A stretch of DNA of 64,000 nucleotides from an uncultured delta proteobacterium (GCA_963841435.1 CAWJCS010000005.1:768001-832000); one strand, 5' to 3'. Counted from the first letter of the stretch, positions 31,468-42,154 are shown. Translations and numbers: made by a program. Notes: a model not told the origin generated them from the sequence alone.

Positions 31468-33063
31468 TTGGCGCTGAGCACGCACGAAGACACCGAGGCC
31501 GTCGAGTTCCTGCGTCGGCGCGTCGCCAATTTTGGGCTCTTCACCGGTGCATTCGTCTCGGCGTTCTGGGTGTTCCGGCTGCTGACGGGCGAAGGGTCTG
31601 CTTCGCCCGAAATGCTCACGCACCTTGCCTCGGGGCTGCTCTTGCTCCTCGCGTGGCCAGTGCTCGCCTTCGCCGCGCCCAACCGCCGTTTCATCCGCGC
31701 CGTCGAGGCCGTCACGCTGTGCGGCAGCTCGGCGCTGCTCATCGGCATGGCGATGAGACTTCCGCACATCGTGACCCGACCCGAGCTCATCGTGCTCCTG
31801 GCGCTCACCTTCGTGTCGTGCTCGCGAGCCGTGTACGTGCCGAGCTCCGGCCAACGCACGGCGCTGCTCTGCCTGCTCATCGGGGTCGCGCTGTTCGCCG
31901 GAGTCTACGAAACCTACGCTGATATCGACCTTCGGCCGATCATTCCGTTCGTTCCCGAGCTCGCCCACGCGACCTCGCACGAGCTTGCGGTGGGCATCAC
32001 CATCAACACCGGTATGTGGTGGCTGCTCTCGACGGGGCTCGCCTTTGCGACCTCGCGCGTCATCTACGGGCTGCGCAAGGAGGCGCGGGCCATTCGCCAG
32101 CTCGGGCAATACCAGCTCGACCGCAAGATCGGAGCAGGCGGCATGGGCATCGTCTACGAAGCGCACCACGCGATGCTACGCAGGCCCACGGCCGTCAAGC
32201 TTTTACCGCCCGAGAAGGCCGGCCAGAGCGCCATCGAACGGTTCGAGCGCGAGGTGAAGCTCACCGCCCGCCTCCGCCACCCGAACACCGTGACGATCTA
32301 CGACTACGGCCGTACCCCGGACGGCATCTTCTACTATGCGATGGAGCTCCTCGATGGCGCCACCCTGGAGCAGGTGGTGCAAGGAAGCGGCCCTCTACCG
32401 CCTTCGCGCGTGGGTCACATCCTGGCTCAAGCCGCGGGTGCGCTGTCGGAGGCCCACGAGCTTGGTCTCATCCATCGCGACATCAAACCGGCCAACATCA
32501 TGCTCTGCAACCAGGGCGGTCTCATGGACACGGTCAAAGTGCTCGACTTCGGCCTCGTCAAAGAAATCAGCCCATCTCAGGTGGAGGCCGCCGCGAAGCT
32601 CGTCACCCAGACCGACGCCATCACGGGCACCCCGCTCTACATGCCGCCGGAAGCCCTGACGAACCCGAGCGCGGTCAACGCGCGAAGCGACCTCTACGCC
32701 CTCGGCGCCGTCGCCTACTACCTGCTCACGGGCACGCACGTCTTCGACGGCGAAAGCATCGTCGAAGTGTGCAGCCACCACCTCTTGACCCAACCCGTCC
32801 CGCCCTCGAAGCGCCTCGGCCAGCCCCTCCCCGAAGCGCTCGAAACCCTCGTGCTCGACTGCCTCGCCAAGTCCCAAAAAGATCGCCCCGCGAGCGCCAC
32901 CGCCTTTGCCGATCGCCTCCGTGACTGCGACCTCCCTGCCTGGGGCGATGCCGACGCCCGCTCCTTTTGGGCGACGCACTCCATCGATACAGGGCTCGCC
33001 CGGCGCTCGAAAGCCGCCAGCAGCCAAACCATCATGGTCAACCTCGCGCGCCGCACGCCGTGA
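31468..33063 (+). CDS. Hanks-type Ser/Thr protein kinase with N-terminal multi-TM sensor
   Basis: GAGGMGIVY, AVKLL, HRDIKPAN, DFG, GTPLYMPPE, SDLYALG; several TM helices upstream. Confidence 0.95.
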   Translation: MALSTHEDTEAVEFLRRRVANFGLFTGAFVSAFWVFRLLTGEGSASPEMLTHLASGLLLLLAWPVLAFAAPNRRFIRAVEAVTLCGSSALLIGMAMRLPHIVTRPELIVLLALTFVSCSRAVYVPSSGQRTALLCLLIGVALFAGVYETYADIDLRPIIPFVPELAHATSHELAVGITINTGMWWLLSTGLAFATSRVIYGLRKEARAIRQLGQYQLDRKIGAGGMGIVYEAHHAMLRRPTAVKLLPPEKAGQSAIERFEREVKLTARLRHPNTVTIYDYGRTPDGIFYYAMELLDGATLEQVVQGSGPLPPSRVGHILAQAAGALSEAHELGLIHRDIKPANIMLCNQGGLMDTVKVLDFGLVKEISPSQVEAAAKLVTQTDAITGTPLYMPPEALTNPSAVNARSDLYALGAVAYYLLTGTHVFDGESIVEVCSHHLLTQPVPPSKRLGQPLPEALETLVLDCLAKSQKDRPASATAFADRLRDCDLPAWGDADARSFWATHSIDTGLARRSKAASSQTIMVNLARRTP

Positions 33064-33318
33064 ACGCTCGGCCGCGACATCGCCCGGCCGTGACGCGCCG
33101 ACGATCCGTGGGATAGTCGAGGCATGGCGATGGTGGAACGCGGGATGCGTGCGATCGCCGCCCTCGTGGTGTCCGCGGGGCTCTTGGCCGGCGGCTGTGG
33201 CGGCTCTTCGGTGCTGCGTACCGGTCAGGACGTCCCTTGTATCTGCGCCGCCATCAACGCGGTCGCCTGCGAAAACAACCGCTGCACGGGGTACTTCGTC
33301 GCGGACCAAAGTGTCCCC

Positions 33319-33798
33319 ATGACCAAGAACGAGCTCGTGCAGGCGCTCTTGGCGACGCTCCGCGCGGAGCTTGCCACGGCCGAGCGCCTGGCGCGCGAGA
33401 CGGCGGAGGCGGCCAATCACCCCGAGGCGCGCCCGGAAAACGACAAAGACACGCGCAAGCTCGAGCTCTCGTACCTCGCACAAGGGCAGGCAGCGCGCGT
33501 ACGCGAGCTCGAAACGACCGTGGCCGCGCTTGCCGCTCAACCGCCACGCGCTTTCGCCGCCACGGATCCGGTCGCCCTCGGTGCCCTCGTCGAGCTCGAA
33601 ACCGACGGGCGGCTCGAACGAGTGCTCCTGTGCGCCGGCGGCGGCGGTGCCTCGGTCGAGGACGATCGCGGCAGTGTGCGCGTCGTCACCCCGGAGGCCC
33701 CACTCGCGAAGGCTCTCTTCGGCAAGACGGTGGGCGACGAGATCGAGCTTTCCGTGGCGGGCCGCAAGCGCGAGCTCGCGATCGTCAAGATCGCCTGA
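33319..33798 (+). CDS. GreA/GreB family elongation factor-like protein
   Basis: Coiled coil with ENDKDTRKLELSYLAQGQ; C-terminal VVTPEAPLAKALFGKTVGDEI. Confidence 0.85.
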   Translation: MTKNELVQALLATLRAELATAERLARETAEAANHPEARPENDKDTRKLELSYLAQGQAARVRELETTVAALAAQPPRAFAATDPVALGALVELETDGRLERVLLCAGGGGASVEDDRGSVRVVTPEAPLAKALFGKTVGDEIELSVAGRKRELAIVKIA

Positions 33799-33820
33799 GC
33801 GCTCGGGCCGCCGTGCCCTT

Positions 33821-34753
33821 CTACGGCACGTATTTCGCTACGACGGCGACCTTGCCGGCCGCACTGTCGATGTCGATGTTGGGGACGTTGACGAGTTCGA
33901 AGGTCGCGGACGCGAGCCGGATCTTGCCACCGGACCTGTCGACTTCTTCGAGGATGCGGGTGAAGAGCTCGCTCTTGACCGTGCGGCGCCGTCGATAGTC
34001 AACGACGTAGCGCAGCGTGAATTCGAGCCAGTTGTCGTTTGCAACCATCGTCACCATCGGCTCGACCCGCGCTTCCTCGAGGCGGTATTTCGCGACGGCA
34101 GCAAGCCAAGCCTGCTTCGAACGCGTGGCGAAGTCGCCGCACACCTCGTGCGCGACCGCCGCAAGCACCTCTCTGGCGCCCTTCCAATCGGAACCGTAGC
34201 GAATGGGCACCCTGATCTCGTCCCACAAGAACGGGAAGTCCGCCGAGTAGTTGAAGACCGGCTCCTTGAAGACGAAGCTGTTGGCGATTCTGACGATGCG
34301 CCCGTTGTAAAGGTCACCGTTCACCCATTCGCCGACCTCCATGACGGTGGTCCTGAGGATGCCGATATCGATGACGTCTCCCTTGATGCCCCCGACTTGG
34401 ACGCGGTCGCCCGTGGCGTAGAAGCCGCCGGAGGCGATCGCCAACCAGCCGGCGATACTCGCGATCACCTCCTGCAGGGCAAACGCGATTCCGGCACCCG
34501 CGACGCCGATGACCACGGTGAGCTGCCCCAGCCGGTCGCTGAAGGCGACGGTGAGAACGACGGCCCAGGCGAGGTACTGGGCGATGGAAACCACTTTCCT
34601 CGCTCGGTACCGAGCGCTGTTGTCGCTCGCTCGACGCTCGAAATACCGGAGGAGCAGTCGGCTGACGACGTACACGAAAAGCAGGCCGGCGACGACCGTC
34701 GCTAGCTTGCCGGTCAGCTGGTTGTCCCAGAAGGCTCTGATCTTCTCTTCCAC
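33821..34753 (-). CDS. Small-conductance mechanosensitive channel (MscS family)
   Basis: GIAFALQEV, GDRVQVGGIKGDVIDIG, VFNYS. Confidence 0.92.
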   Translation of the reverse strand: MEEKIRAFWDNQLTGKLATVVAGLLFVYVVSRLLLRYFERRASDNSARYRARKVVSIAQYLAWAVVLTVAFSDRLGQLTVVIGVAGAGIAFALQEVIASIAGWLAIASGGFYATGDRVQVGGIKGDVIDIGILRTTVMEVGEWVNGDLYNGRIVRIANSFVFKEPVFNYSADFPFLWDEIRVPIRYGSDWKGAREVLAAVAHEVCGDFATRSKQAWLAAVAKYRLEEARVEPMVTMVANDNWLEFTLRYVVDYRRRRTVKSELFTRILEEVDRSGGKIRLASATFELVNVPNIDIDSAAGKVAVVAKYVP

Positions 34754-34798
34754 GGGGTCACCTCCGCCGGAAGGAGCTCGCCGAATGACCGCCTGCGC

Positions 34799-35761
34799 TT
34801 AGCGCCCCGACCCTGACGCGCGGTTCAGGAAACGAAAAAGATCGCCGGAGGTCGAGAACACCAGCGTGTCGTCCTTGCCGATGACCTTGTCGTACGTCTC
34901 CATGGTCTTCACGAAGTCGTAGAGCTTCTTGGCGTCCGCCGACTGGGAATAGGCTGCGGCGTAGATGGCCGTCGCCTTGGCGTCGGCAGCGCCGCGCAGC
35001 TCCTCGACCTTCCGGTAGGCCTCGGACTCGATCACGTCGAGGTCGCGCTCCTTGTCACCGAGGATCTTGGCCGCCTCTCCCTCGCCTTCAGAGCGAAAGC
35101 GCGAGGCGATCTGCTGCCGCTCGGAGACCATGCGCTCGTAGATCTTCTCGACCACGCTCGGGTTGTAGTTGATGCGCTTGAAGCGCACGTCGAGCAGATC
35201 GATGCCGAACTCGCCGAGCTTGACCTTGGCCGCGTTCTGGATTTCTTGCTGAATCCGCGCTCTGCCCTTGGTGATGGGGTTCAGGACGCCGATGCGGCTA
35301 CCGGCGGCGAGCGACTCGTCACGCTCGGGCTTTCGCTCCTTGGTCGTGCGGATCAGCTCGATCAAATCGTGCTTGGCGACGGCGTTTCGCATCTCGCTGC
35401 CCAGGATGTCGTCGAGCCGCGACTGCGCGCTCCGCTCGTCGCGCAGGCGGCGGAAGTACTCGAGCGGCCGGGTGATGCGCCAGCGCGCAAAGGCGTCTAC
35501 CGTGATGTAGAGCTTGTCGCGCGTCGGCATCTCGCTCTGAGGCCCGTCCCACTGCAGGATCTGCTTGTCGATGACGTTCACTTCTTGGATGAACGGCTTC
35601 TTGAAGTGAAGGCCGGCCTGGGTGATGGGGTCGCCGGTCGGCTTGCCGAACTCGGTGATGATCGCCTGCTCCGTCTCTTGCACGGTGTAGGCGGCAGACT
35701 GGCCCGCGATGATCGCCGCACCGAGCAGGATAAGCAGGAGGAAGCTGACTCCGGCCCTCAT
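34799..35761 (-). CDS. hflC: FtsH protease modulator HflC
   Basis: SPFH domain; ITEFGKP, GLHFKKPFIQ, ERMVSERQQIA..FRSEGEGEA. Confidence 0.93.
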   Translation of the reverse strand: MRAGVSFLLLILLGAAIIAGQSAAYTVQETEQAIITEFGKPTGDPITQAGLHFKKPFIQEVNVIDKQILQWDGPQSEMPTRDKLYITVDAFARWRITRPLEYFRRLRDERSAQSRLDDILGSEMRNAVAKHDLIELIRTTKERKPERDESLAAGSRIGVLNPITKGRARIQQEIQNAAKVKLGEFGIDLLDVRFKRINYNPSVVEKIYERMVSERQQIASRFRSEGEGEAAKILGDKERDLDVIESEAYRKVEELRGAADAKATAIYAAAYSQSADAKKLYDFVKTMETYDKVIGKDDTLVFSTSGDLFRFLNRASGSGR

Positions 35762-36738
35762 GGCTCACTCCCTTGCGTCGAGGGGGAGCCCTTCAGGCTG
35801 AGCAACGGCAAGAGCCCCTTCACGTCCTCGGACACGACCGTCTTGCTCTTCACGCGGGGCAGGACCTGCGCCATCGTCTCGAGGTAAATGCGCGAGCGCG
35901 TGACCTCGGGCGCCTTCACGTATTCGGCCAAGAGCGCGTTGAACTTCGACACGTCGCCCTCGGCCTCGTTGACGCGCTTTTGGGAGTAACCCTCCGCCTC
36001 GCGGATCGTTTGCGCCGCCAGGCCGCGCGCCCGGGGAACAGCCTTGTTGTACTCGCCGTTGGCGACGTTGATCGCGCGCTCCTTCTCCTGCTGCGCCTGG
36101 TTCACTTCGTTGAAGGAGGCCTGCACCTTCTCGGGGGGATTGACGTTCTTGAGCTGAACCTGGTCGATCTTGATGCCCATCGAGTAGCTGCGCGTGAGCT
36201 TCTGCAGCTTGACGAGCGCCTCGTCCTCGATCTCCTGGCGCCCGATGGTGATCACCTCGTCGACGGTGCGATCGCCGATCACCTCGCGCATGACGTTCTC
36301 CGAGGCATCGCGGAGCGTGGCGTCGGCACCGCGCACGTTGAAAAGGTACGCGTCGGGTCGCTCGATCCGGTACTGGACCACCCACTCGACCAGCGCCACG
36401 TTGAGATCGCCGGTCACCATGGATTTCTCCTCGATCCACTCCGAGGGCGGGCTCGACTGCCAGGGGTTCGTGGCACCCTTACTCCCGAAGCCGAATTCCT
36501 GCTTGAGCTGACGCTTCACGGGCACGATCACGACAGCGTCGACGCCCATCGGGATCTTGAAGTGCAGGCCCGGGGGCACGACCTTGCTGAAGCGTCCAAA
36601 GCGCACGACGACGCCCTCGGATTCGGCGGGAACCGTGTAGAACGCGGTCCACACCGCCACCGCGACGAGCACCCCGCCGAGCACGGTCAGGATCAAGCTT
36701 CTGGAGACGACGGGGATGGTGAGGCGGGGGGGGGCCAC
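35758..36738 (-). CDS. hflK: FtsH protease modulator HflK (start uncertain)
   Basis: GVVVRFG, MVTGDLNV, PPEKVQASFNEV, APEVTRSRIYLETM; 4-bp overlap with hflC. Confidence 0.92.
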   Translation of the reverse strand: MAPPRLTIPVVSRSLILTVLGGVLVAVAVWTAFYTVPAESEGVVVRFGRFSKVVPPGLHFKIPMGVDAVVIVPVKRQLKQEFGFGSKGATNPWQSSPPSEWIEEKSMVTGDLNVALVEWVVQYRIERPDAYLFNVRGADATLRDASENVMREVIGDRTVDEVITIGRQEIEDEALVKLQKLTRSYSMGIKIDQVQLKNVNPPEKVQASFNEVNQAQQEKERAINVANGEYNKAVPRARGLAAQTIREAEGYSQKRVNEAEGDVSKFNALLAEYVKAPEVTRSRIYLETMAQVLPRVKSKTVVSEDVKGLLPLLSLKGSPSTQGSEP

Positions 36739-37067
36739 TTTGTTCTCGACCTTCGAGCGCCGCGGAGCAACGTTTGGCGGCGCGCAGTCGGGCGAAGCGC
36801 GACGGGGCGACCATAAGCCCACCCCGCTCCTCGCGTCCAGGAGAAGCGGGCTCGCGTCGCTCACGGCGCGGCACAGCGCCGCAACCTCGGCGCCGCCTGC
36901 TCGGCCGGATCAGCCGGCGGCTGGGGTCGACGCGGGCTTGGCGCTCACGAGAAACTGCGAGATGCGCACGCGCACGTCGCGGAGGGTGGCATCGCCGTAT
37001 CCGGCTCTACCAGGTCAGAAAGCCGCGGGGCGGGCGCCCTCTCGGGAACGGGGCATGATTGGAAGCG

Positions 37068-37910
37068 ATGAAGCCGGAGATGACGTGGCAGGATGCCGCC
37101 GGGGAGCGCTGGGCGGCGTTTTACGCGCGCATCGACGTCCAGCTCGACCCGCTCGGGCGCGCCGCCATGAAGCTCGCGGCACCGGTCGCCGGCGAGCGTG
37201 TCCTCGACGTGGGCTGTGGCGCTGGTGAGTCCACGCTCGAGCTCGCGGAGCTCGTCGGGAAAACGGGGAGCGTCGTCGGGCTCGACATCTCCGGGGCGCT
37301 GCTGGAGGAGGCTCGTGCGCGCGCGGACGCAGCTTGCCACACCCATGTGCAGTTCGTGCTCGGCAACGCGGCGACGGAGCGCTTCACTCAGCGCTTCGAT
37401 CTGCTCTATTCCCGTTTCGGCGTGATGTACTTCGAAGACACCGTCGCGACCTTCAAGAACCTGCGCGCGGCCCTGAGGCCCGGCGGCAGGATCGGCCTCG
37501 TTACCTGGCAGCAGCTCGCAGCGAACCCCTGGGCGGACACACCGCTCGCCGCAGTGCGCACACTACGGCCCGGGCATCCCGTGCCAGACGCGCTCGCACC
37601 CGGCAAACCGGGCCCGTTCTACCTCTGCGACCCAGACCAGGTGCACGACAAATTGGAGCGCGCCGGATTTCGCGCCATCAGCATCACGCCGCACGAAGAG
37701 CCGGTCCTCTTCGGCGGCTCCGCGACGCTACAAGAAGCAGTGGAGTACGCCCTTCAGATCGGCCCGGCCGCGCGCTTCATCGCGCATGCCCAGCTCGAGC
37801 ACGAACCGCGCCTGCGGAAGCTCCTCTCCGAGGCGCTCGCCCCTTTTGCAGGCCCCGAAGGCGTGCGCATTCCCGCTCGCACCCTCCTTTTGACCGCCCA
37901 CCGCGATTGA
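37068..37910 (+). CDS. Class I SAM-dependent methyltransferase
   Basis: VLDVGCGAG, GLDIS, SRFGVMYF, LRPGG. Confidence 0.92.
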   Translation: MKPEMTWQDAAGERWAAFYARIDVQLDPLGRAAMKLAAPVAGERVLDVGCGAGESTLELAELVGKTGSVVGLDISGALLEEARARADAACHTHVQFVLGNAATERFTQRFDLLYSRFGVMYFEDTVATFKNLRAALRPGGRIGLVTWQQLAANPWADTPLAAVRTLRPGHPVPDALAPGKPGPFYLCDPDQVHDKLERAGFRAISITPHEEPVLFGGSATLQEAVEYALQIGPAARFIAHAQLEHEPRLRKLLSEALAPFAGPEGVRIPARTLLLTAHRD

Positions 37911-38112
37911 CGGTGCAGCACGAGCTCCGAGCGCATCTCGGTCGTTTCGTGCCGGGCCCTCGCAGACGCCGTACGAGAGGGTGCGGACGAACAATCACAC
38001 CTGCCGCGAGCCGCGCTGGTGCAAGACTGCCTTCGGCGCCCACTCGGGGAACTGCGGGATGCCGTCTTCGATGAGCTCCAAAGCTTGCCCCGCCGAGGCA
38101 GCCCACGCCACG

Positions 38113-38934
38113 CTAATCCAGCTGCGATGGACCGCGGCTGTCGTTGGCAGCCGTCGCGTCGCGCAGCCGCTCCGCCGGATCGAACCGGAAGAACCTGCTG
38201 AGCTCGGCGTAAAGCTCCGGATGCAGCCGTTCGAGGGCGACAGGCCTCTCGAAAAACTGCTCGACGACCACGGCAAAAAATTCGGGAGCATTCGTCGCGC
38301 CATACGCATCGATGCTGGTCTGCCGGTGGTGCTCCACGTCATCCAAGAGCTCTGCGTACTCGGCGCTCGCTACCCTGGACCAGACCGAATACCGCTCGAG
38401 CCCATCGAGCTCCGGCGTCCCATCCATGGCCCCATCCTCCGCATCGAGCTGATGCGCAAACTCGTGCAAGACGACATCGTGCCCATCGCTCGGATCCGCG
38501 GACCCCGCCACCACCGCATCCCACGAAAGCACCACGACCCCGCGCGACCACGACTCACCGAGCCGCGCCTGCTCACCCTCGACCACCACGTACCCCTCCC
38601 GCCGCTCCCCCCGCGCCCGATAGGTCGACGGATACACGATCACGGTATCCAGGTCCGCGTAGAGCGGCCCATCGAGCTCCACCCGGTGCAGCACCAACAA
38701 ACAGGCCCGCGCGGCGATCACGACGCGCATCTCATCGGTGAGCGTGAGCCCACCCGCCCCTTCGAACGCCTTCTCCGCATTGAAAATACGCACCAGCGCC
38801 TCGAGCTTGGCGAGCTCCTCGCGATAAAGGAGCCTCGCGCAGGGAATCGAGCGCACGAGCAGATCGTGAAACCGCGCGGGGAACGGCTCAGCGATCACCT
38901 CGGCCCGGGTCAGGCGGCGCCACCAGTCGAACAT
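38113..38934 (-). CDS. mtfA: Zinc-dependent peptidase, MtfA/M90 family
   Basis: GESW..G.VVLSW, HEFAHQLD, YGATNAPEFFAV. Confidence 0.88.
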   Translation of the reverse strand: MFDWWRRLTRAEVIAEPFPARFHDLLVRSIPCARLLYREELAKLEALVRIFNAEKAFEGAGGLTLTDEMRVVIAARACLLVLHRVELDGPLYADLDTVIVYPSTYRARGERREGYVVVEGEQARLGESWSRGVVVLSWDAVVAGSADPSDGHDVVLHEFAHQLDAEDGAMDGTPELDGLERYSVWSRVASAEYAELLDDVEHHRQTSIDAYGATNAPEFFAVVVEQFFERPVALERLHPELYAELSRFFRFDPAERLRDATAANDSRGPSQLD

Positions 38935-39160
38935 GCTGGAAGGTAGCGTACCGAGATCGAACGCCCCGTCGAGCTATTGCGGATCCACGACCTCGACGCC
39001 GTTGGCATCGGCGCGAGCCCCTCACCCACTCGAAACGTGCAGTCCGCCCCACGCGCCGAAGCCGCATGATAGCCTCGGCTAGCTCCTCACGAAACGAATT
39101 GACGCCGTTCACATGGTGACGCGCCCCGCTGAGGCACAATGAGGATGGGCTAGCCGCTCC

Positions 39161-39934
39161 ATGGACCTTCGTGCCGACGCGCTGCTCGCGGGCGCTGCAG
39201 CGCTCGCCGGGGCGGTCAACTCCGTCGCGGGCGGCGGGACGCTGCTCTCGTTCCCCGCCGCGATGGCGTGGGGGCTCCCGTCGACGATCGCCAACGCCAC
39301 GAACGCCGTCGCGATGATGCCGGGCTCGCTCGCTTCGGCCTGGGCCTATCGGCGCGAGGTTCGAGCGCACGCGCGCATGGTAAAGCTGCTCGCCGTGCCG
39401 GCGGTCGTCGGCGGCGTCGCGGGCGCGATGCTGCTGCATGCCACGCCGGTGCGCGTGTTCGATACGGTGGTGCCGTGGCTCGTGCTCGGCGCGACGCTGA
39501 TCATCCTGTTTCAGGGGAGGGTGAGCCACGCATCGAAGTCGTCGCCGTCGAACCCTCGAACCCGGCGACGGTGGGCGTTCGTCGCCATCGGCGGCCAGCT
39601 CGTCGTCGGCGTGTACGGCGGGTTCTTCGGCGCCGCGATGGGCATCGTCATGCTGGCGCTCTTGTCCCTGGTCATGGAGGATGACATCCAGGCCCGCAAC
39701 GCGGTCAAGATCGTGCTCGCGTCGCTCATCAACGGCGTGGCGTCGATCTACTTCTTGTGGACGGGGCTCGTCAGTGCGCGCGCGGCGCTGATCATGACCG
39801 GTGGCGCTATCACGGGCGGCTACGTCGGCGCGCTCCTCGCGCGTCGAACGCCCGCGCCCGTCGTGCGGGCGCTCGTCGTCACCATCGGGCTCGCGCTGAC
39901 CGTCCTGCTCGCGTACCGAGCGTGGTCTGGGCAG
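39161..39934 (+). CDS. Sulfite exporter TauE/SafE family protein (stop codon missing in this sequence)
   Basis: NSVAGGGTLLSFP, ANATN, YGGFFGAAMG; hydrophobic domain ends near 39930 but the frame stays open to 40603. Confidence 0.88.
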
Positions 39935-39943
39935 CGCTCGTCG

Positions 39944-40573
39944 TCATTTCCAAGGCGGGCCATGGTCGATACCGAAGTTGGCGAACTTCTGCGCGCCGAC
40001 ATCGTATTGAACCACCCACTGGTTGTCGCAGACCTGGATAACTTCGTTCTCGGCATCCTTGGGGGTGATGCCAAAGTCGCGTGGAAAAGCATTGATGAAA
40101 ACGTATCGACGCGTGCCTCTGAAGAAGCCCAAGTACTGCCGCCCGTATTGCAGGAGGTCAACGATGGCGGCCTCGCTCATCTGCTGCCCGCCGAGGAAGG
40201 CGAGCAAGGCGCGCTCGATGTCAGCTACCTCGCGTGGCGATACCTGAAAGAACCCCGTCATGCCCGTCGGCTCCGCGGAATGGTTGCAGAGCCCGAAGCC
40301 CCCCCGAAACGCGCAGAGCTGCAACGGAACCGCCCACCCGGCACCTACCGTCCTCCCGAGCTCAGTCTGCAGACCTGTTCGCGGCCTGGCGTCCGGGCAT
40401 TCGTGTTTCGGCCTCGGTACGGCGATTGTCGCGGGCGCAGTCGGCCCACAGGAGACGAGTGCAGCGGCAAGCACCGCGTGCGTGCCAGTGAGGACGCGCT
40501 CCAGGGCTACCTCGAAGGGGCGGCCGGCCGCCGCTTCAATCGTAAACGCATCCCGCTGTTGACCACGCGCCAT
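39944..40573 (-). CDS. Hypothetical protein, possible lipoprotein
   Basis: LAAALVSC lipobox-like; globular C-terminus YGRQYLGF...VFINAF...VCD; lower GC than neighbours; start uncertain. Confidence 0.6.
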   Translation of the reverse strand: MARGQQRDAFTIEAAAGRPFEVALERVLTGTHAVLAAALVSCGPTAPATIAVPRPKHECPDARPRTGLQTELGRTVGAGWAVPLQLCAFRGGFGLCNHSAEPTGMTGFFQVSPREVADIERALLAFLGGQQMSEAAIVDLLQYGRQYLGFFRGTRRYVFINAFPRDFGITPKDAENEVIQVCDNQWVVQYDVGAQKFANFGIDHGPPWK

Positions 40574-40709
40574 CGCTGTGCGCTCGACGTCGGTCCAAGG
40601 TAGCAGCTTTTAGCCCCGTCGGCGGAGCTGAAGCGGGTCCGTGACTCGCGTCGGCCCAACGGGGCAGAGCTCGTTGAGCAGGGCGCGGTAGGCGTGCGAC
40701 CATTCGCGG

Positions 40710-41531
40710 ATGGCAACCGACTACGTCGAGATCAACCGCGCGAACTGGAACAGTCGGGTTCCCGTTCACGCTCGAGGCTACGGCCTCGAGAAATTCCGGA
40801 CTGACAGTGCGTGGTTATCGGAGGTGGTCCGCTTCGACCAGCCCCGCTTGGGTGACGTGCGTGGGCTCGACCTTTTGCATCTCCAATGTCACATCGGGAC
40901 GGACACGCTGTCTTTGGCGCGGCTCGGTGCCACGGTCACCGGCCTGGACTTCTCCGGGCCCGCACTGAGCGTGGCGCGCGATCTGGCCCGGGATTGCGGG
41001 GCGGCCGTCGCCTACGTCGAAGCAGAGGTGTACGACGCGGTCGAGGCCCTCGACGGCGCGCGCTTCGACCTCGTCTACACGGGGATCGGCGCCTTGTGCT
41101 GGCTGCCGAGCATCGAGCGCTGGGCAACGACGGTGAGTCGCCTGCTCAAGCCTGGCGCCCGATTGTTCATCCGCGAAGGTCATCCGCTGCTGTGGGCGCT
41201 GTGCGATCCCCGTCCGGACGAGCTACTCGTGCTCGAGTATCCCTACTTCGAGACGGAGGGCGGCACGGAATTCATCCAATCCAAGACCTACGTCGAGCAT
41301 GAAGGAGACCTGAGCTCCCCGCGCTCGATCTCCTTCAACCACGGCATCGGCGAGATATTGACGGCTATCCTCGCCGCCGGTCTGCGCCTCGTCGCCTTCG
41401 AGGAACACCGGAGCGTCCCCTGGGATCCCTTTGGAGCTGCCGGAGCTCGCGATGACAATGGCGAATACCGCCTCCGCGAACGCCCCGACCGAATCCCAGC
41501 GACCTACACGCTCCAAGCCATCAAGCATTGA
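40710..41531 (+). CDS. Class I SAM-dependent methyltransferase
   Basis: LHLQCHIGTDTLSLA, GLDFS, GALCWLP, LKPG. Confidence 0.9.
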   Translation: MATDYVEINRANWNSRVPVHARGYGLEKFRTDSAWLSEVVRFDQPRLGDVRGLDLLHLQCHIGTDTLSLARLGATVTGLDFSGPALSVARDLARDCGAAVAYVEAEVYDAVEALDGARFDLVYTGIGALCWLPSIERWATTVSRLLKPGARLFIREGHPLLWALCDPRPDELLVLEYPYFETEGGTEFIQSKTYVEHEGDLSSPRSISFNHGIGEILTAILAAGLRLVAFEEHRSVPWDPFGAAGARDDNGEYRLRERPDRIPATYTLQAIKH

Positions 41532-41549
41532 CGAATTGTTCCCGCGTCA

Positions 41550-41856
41550 TCATCCAGTCCTGCGCAAGACTTCGACGTCGCGCGCGAGCTTGGTACCGAG
41601 ACGATCAGCCTCGACCTCCAAGTCGTAGGAGGTCTGGAGGTTCAACCAGAAGCGCGGCGCGTTCCGAAAGAAGCGACCGAGACGCAAGGCCGTATCCGCG
41701 CTGATGGCGCGTTTCCGATGAACGATCTCGGTTAATCCGACGAGCGGGCACCTTCAGTCCTTTTGCCAGACGATACTGCGTGAGGGCGAGCGGCTTCAGG
41801 AATTCTTCGTCCAGGATTTCGCCCGGGTGAACGGGAGCAAGTCTCTTTCGCGACAT
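41550..41856 (-). CDS. higA: HigA antitoxin (HTH; frameshift near 41730)
   Basis: PVHPGEILDEEFL...RRIN, then in another frame EIVHRKRAISADTALRLGRFF...FWLNLQTSYDL. Confidence 0.9.
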
Positions 41857-41865
41857 GTGTCTCTC

Positions 41866-42147
41866 CTAGTGATAGTCGACGATCTCGACGTCGTAGGCAT
41901 CGGCTCCGACCCAGCGAAAACAGAGCCGCCATTGGTCGTTGATGCGGATGCTGTGCTGCCCAAGACGACCTGAGGTGAGCTTCTCCAGGCGGTTTGCGGG
42001 CGGAACTCTGAGGTCGGCTAAGCTCGTGGCTGCGTCCAACATGACAAGCTTGCGAAGCGCGGCGCGAAGGAGGCTCGGAGGAAATTTGCGAACCGCTTCC
42101 CGGTGGAAGATCCGCTCGGCATCCGGGTCGCGAAAGCTGCGGATCAC
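41866..42147 (-). CDS. higB: HigB toxin (RelE fold, plasmid-maintenance killer type)
   Basis: IRSF, LRVPPANRLEKL, SIRINDQWRLCF, VEIVDYH; toxin-first gene order. Confidence 0.93.
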   Translation of the reverse strand: MIRSFRDPDAERIFHREAVRKFPPSLLRAALRKLVMLDAATSLADLRVPPANRLEKLTSGRLGQHSIRINDQWRLCFRWVGADAYDVEIVDYH

Positions 42148-42154
42148 GAAGACA

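Noticed and set aside
36726-36734. G homopolymer near the hflK 5' end as a phase-variation tract
   Set aside because: Frame is open as given; homopolymer length is unreliable in this assembly and hflK is not a typical contingency gene
37995-38110. Possible C-terminal remnant of a GFA-like gene (IEDGIPQFPEW)
   Set aside because: Too short to assign without a search
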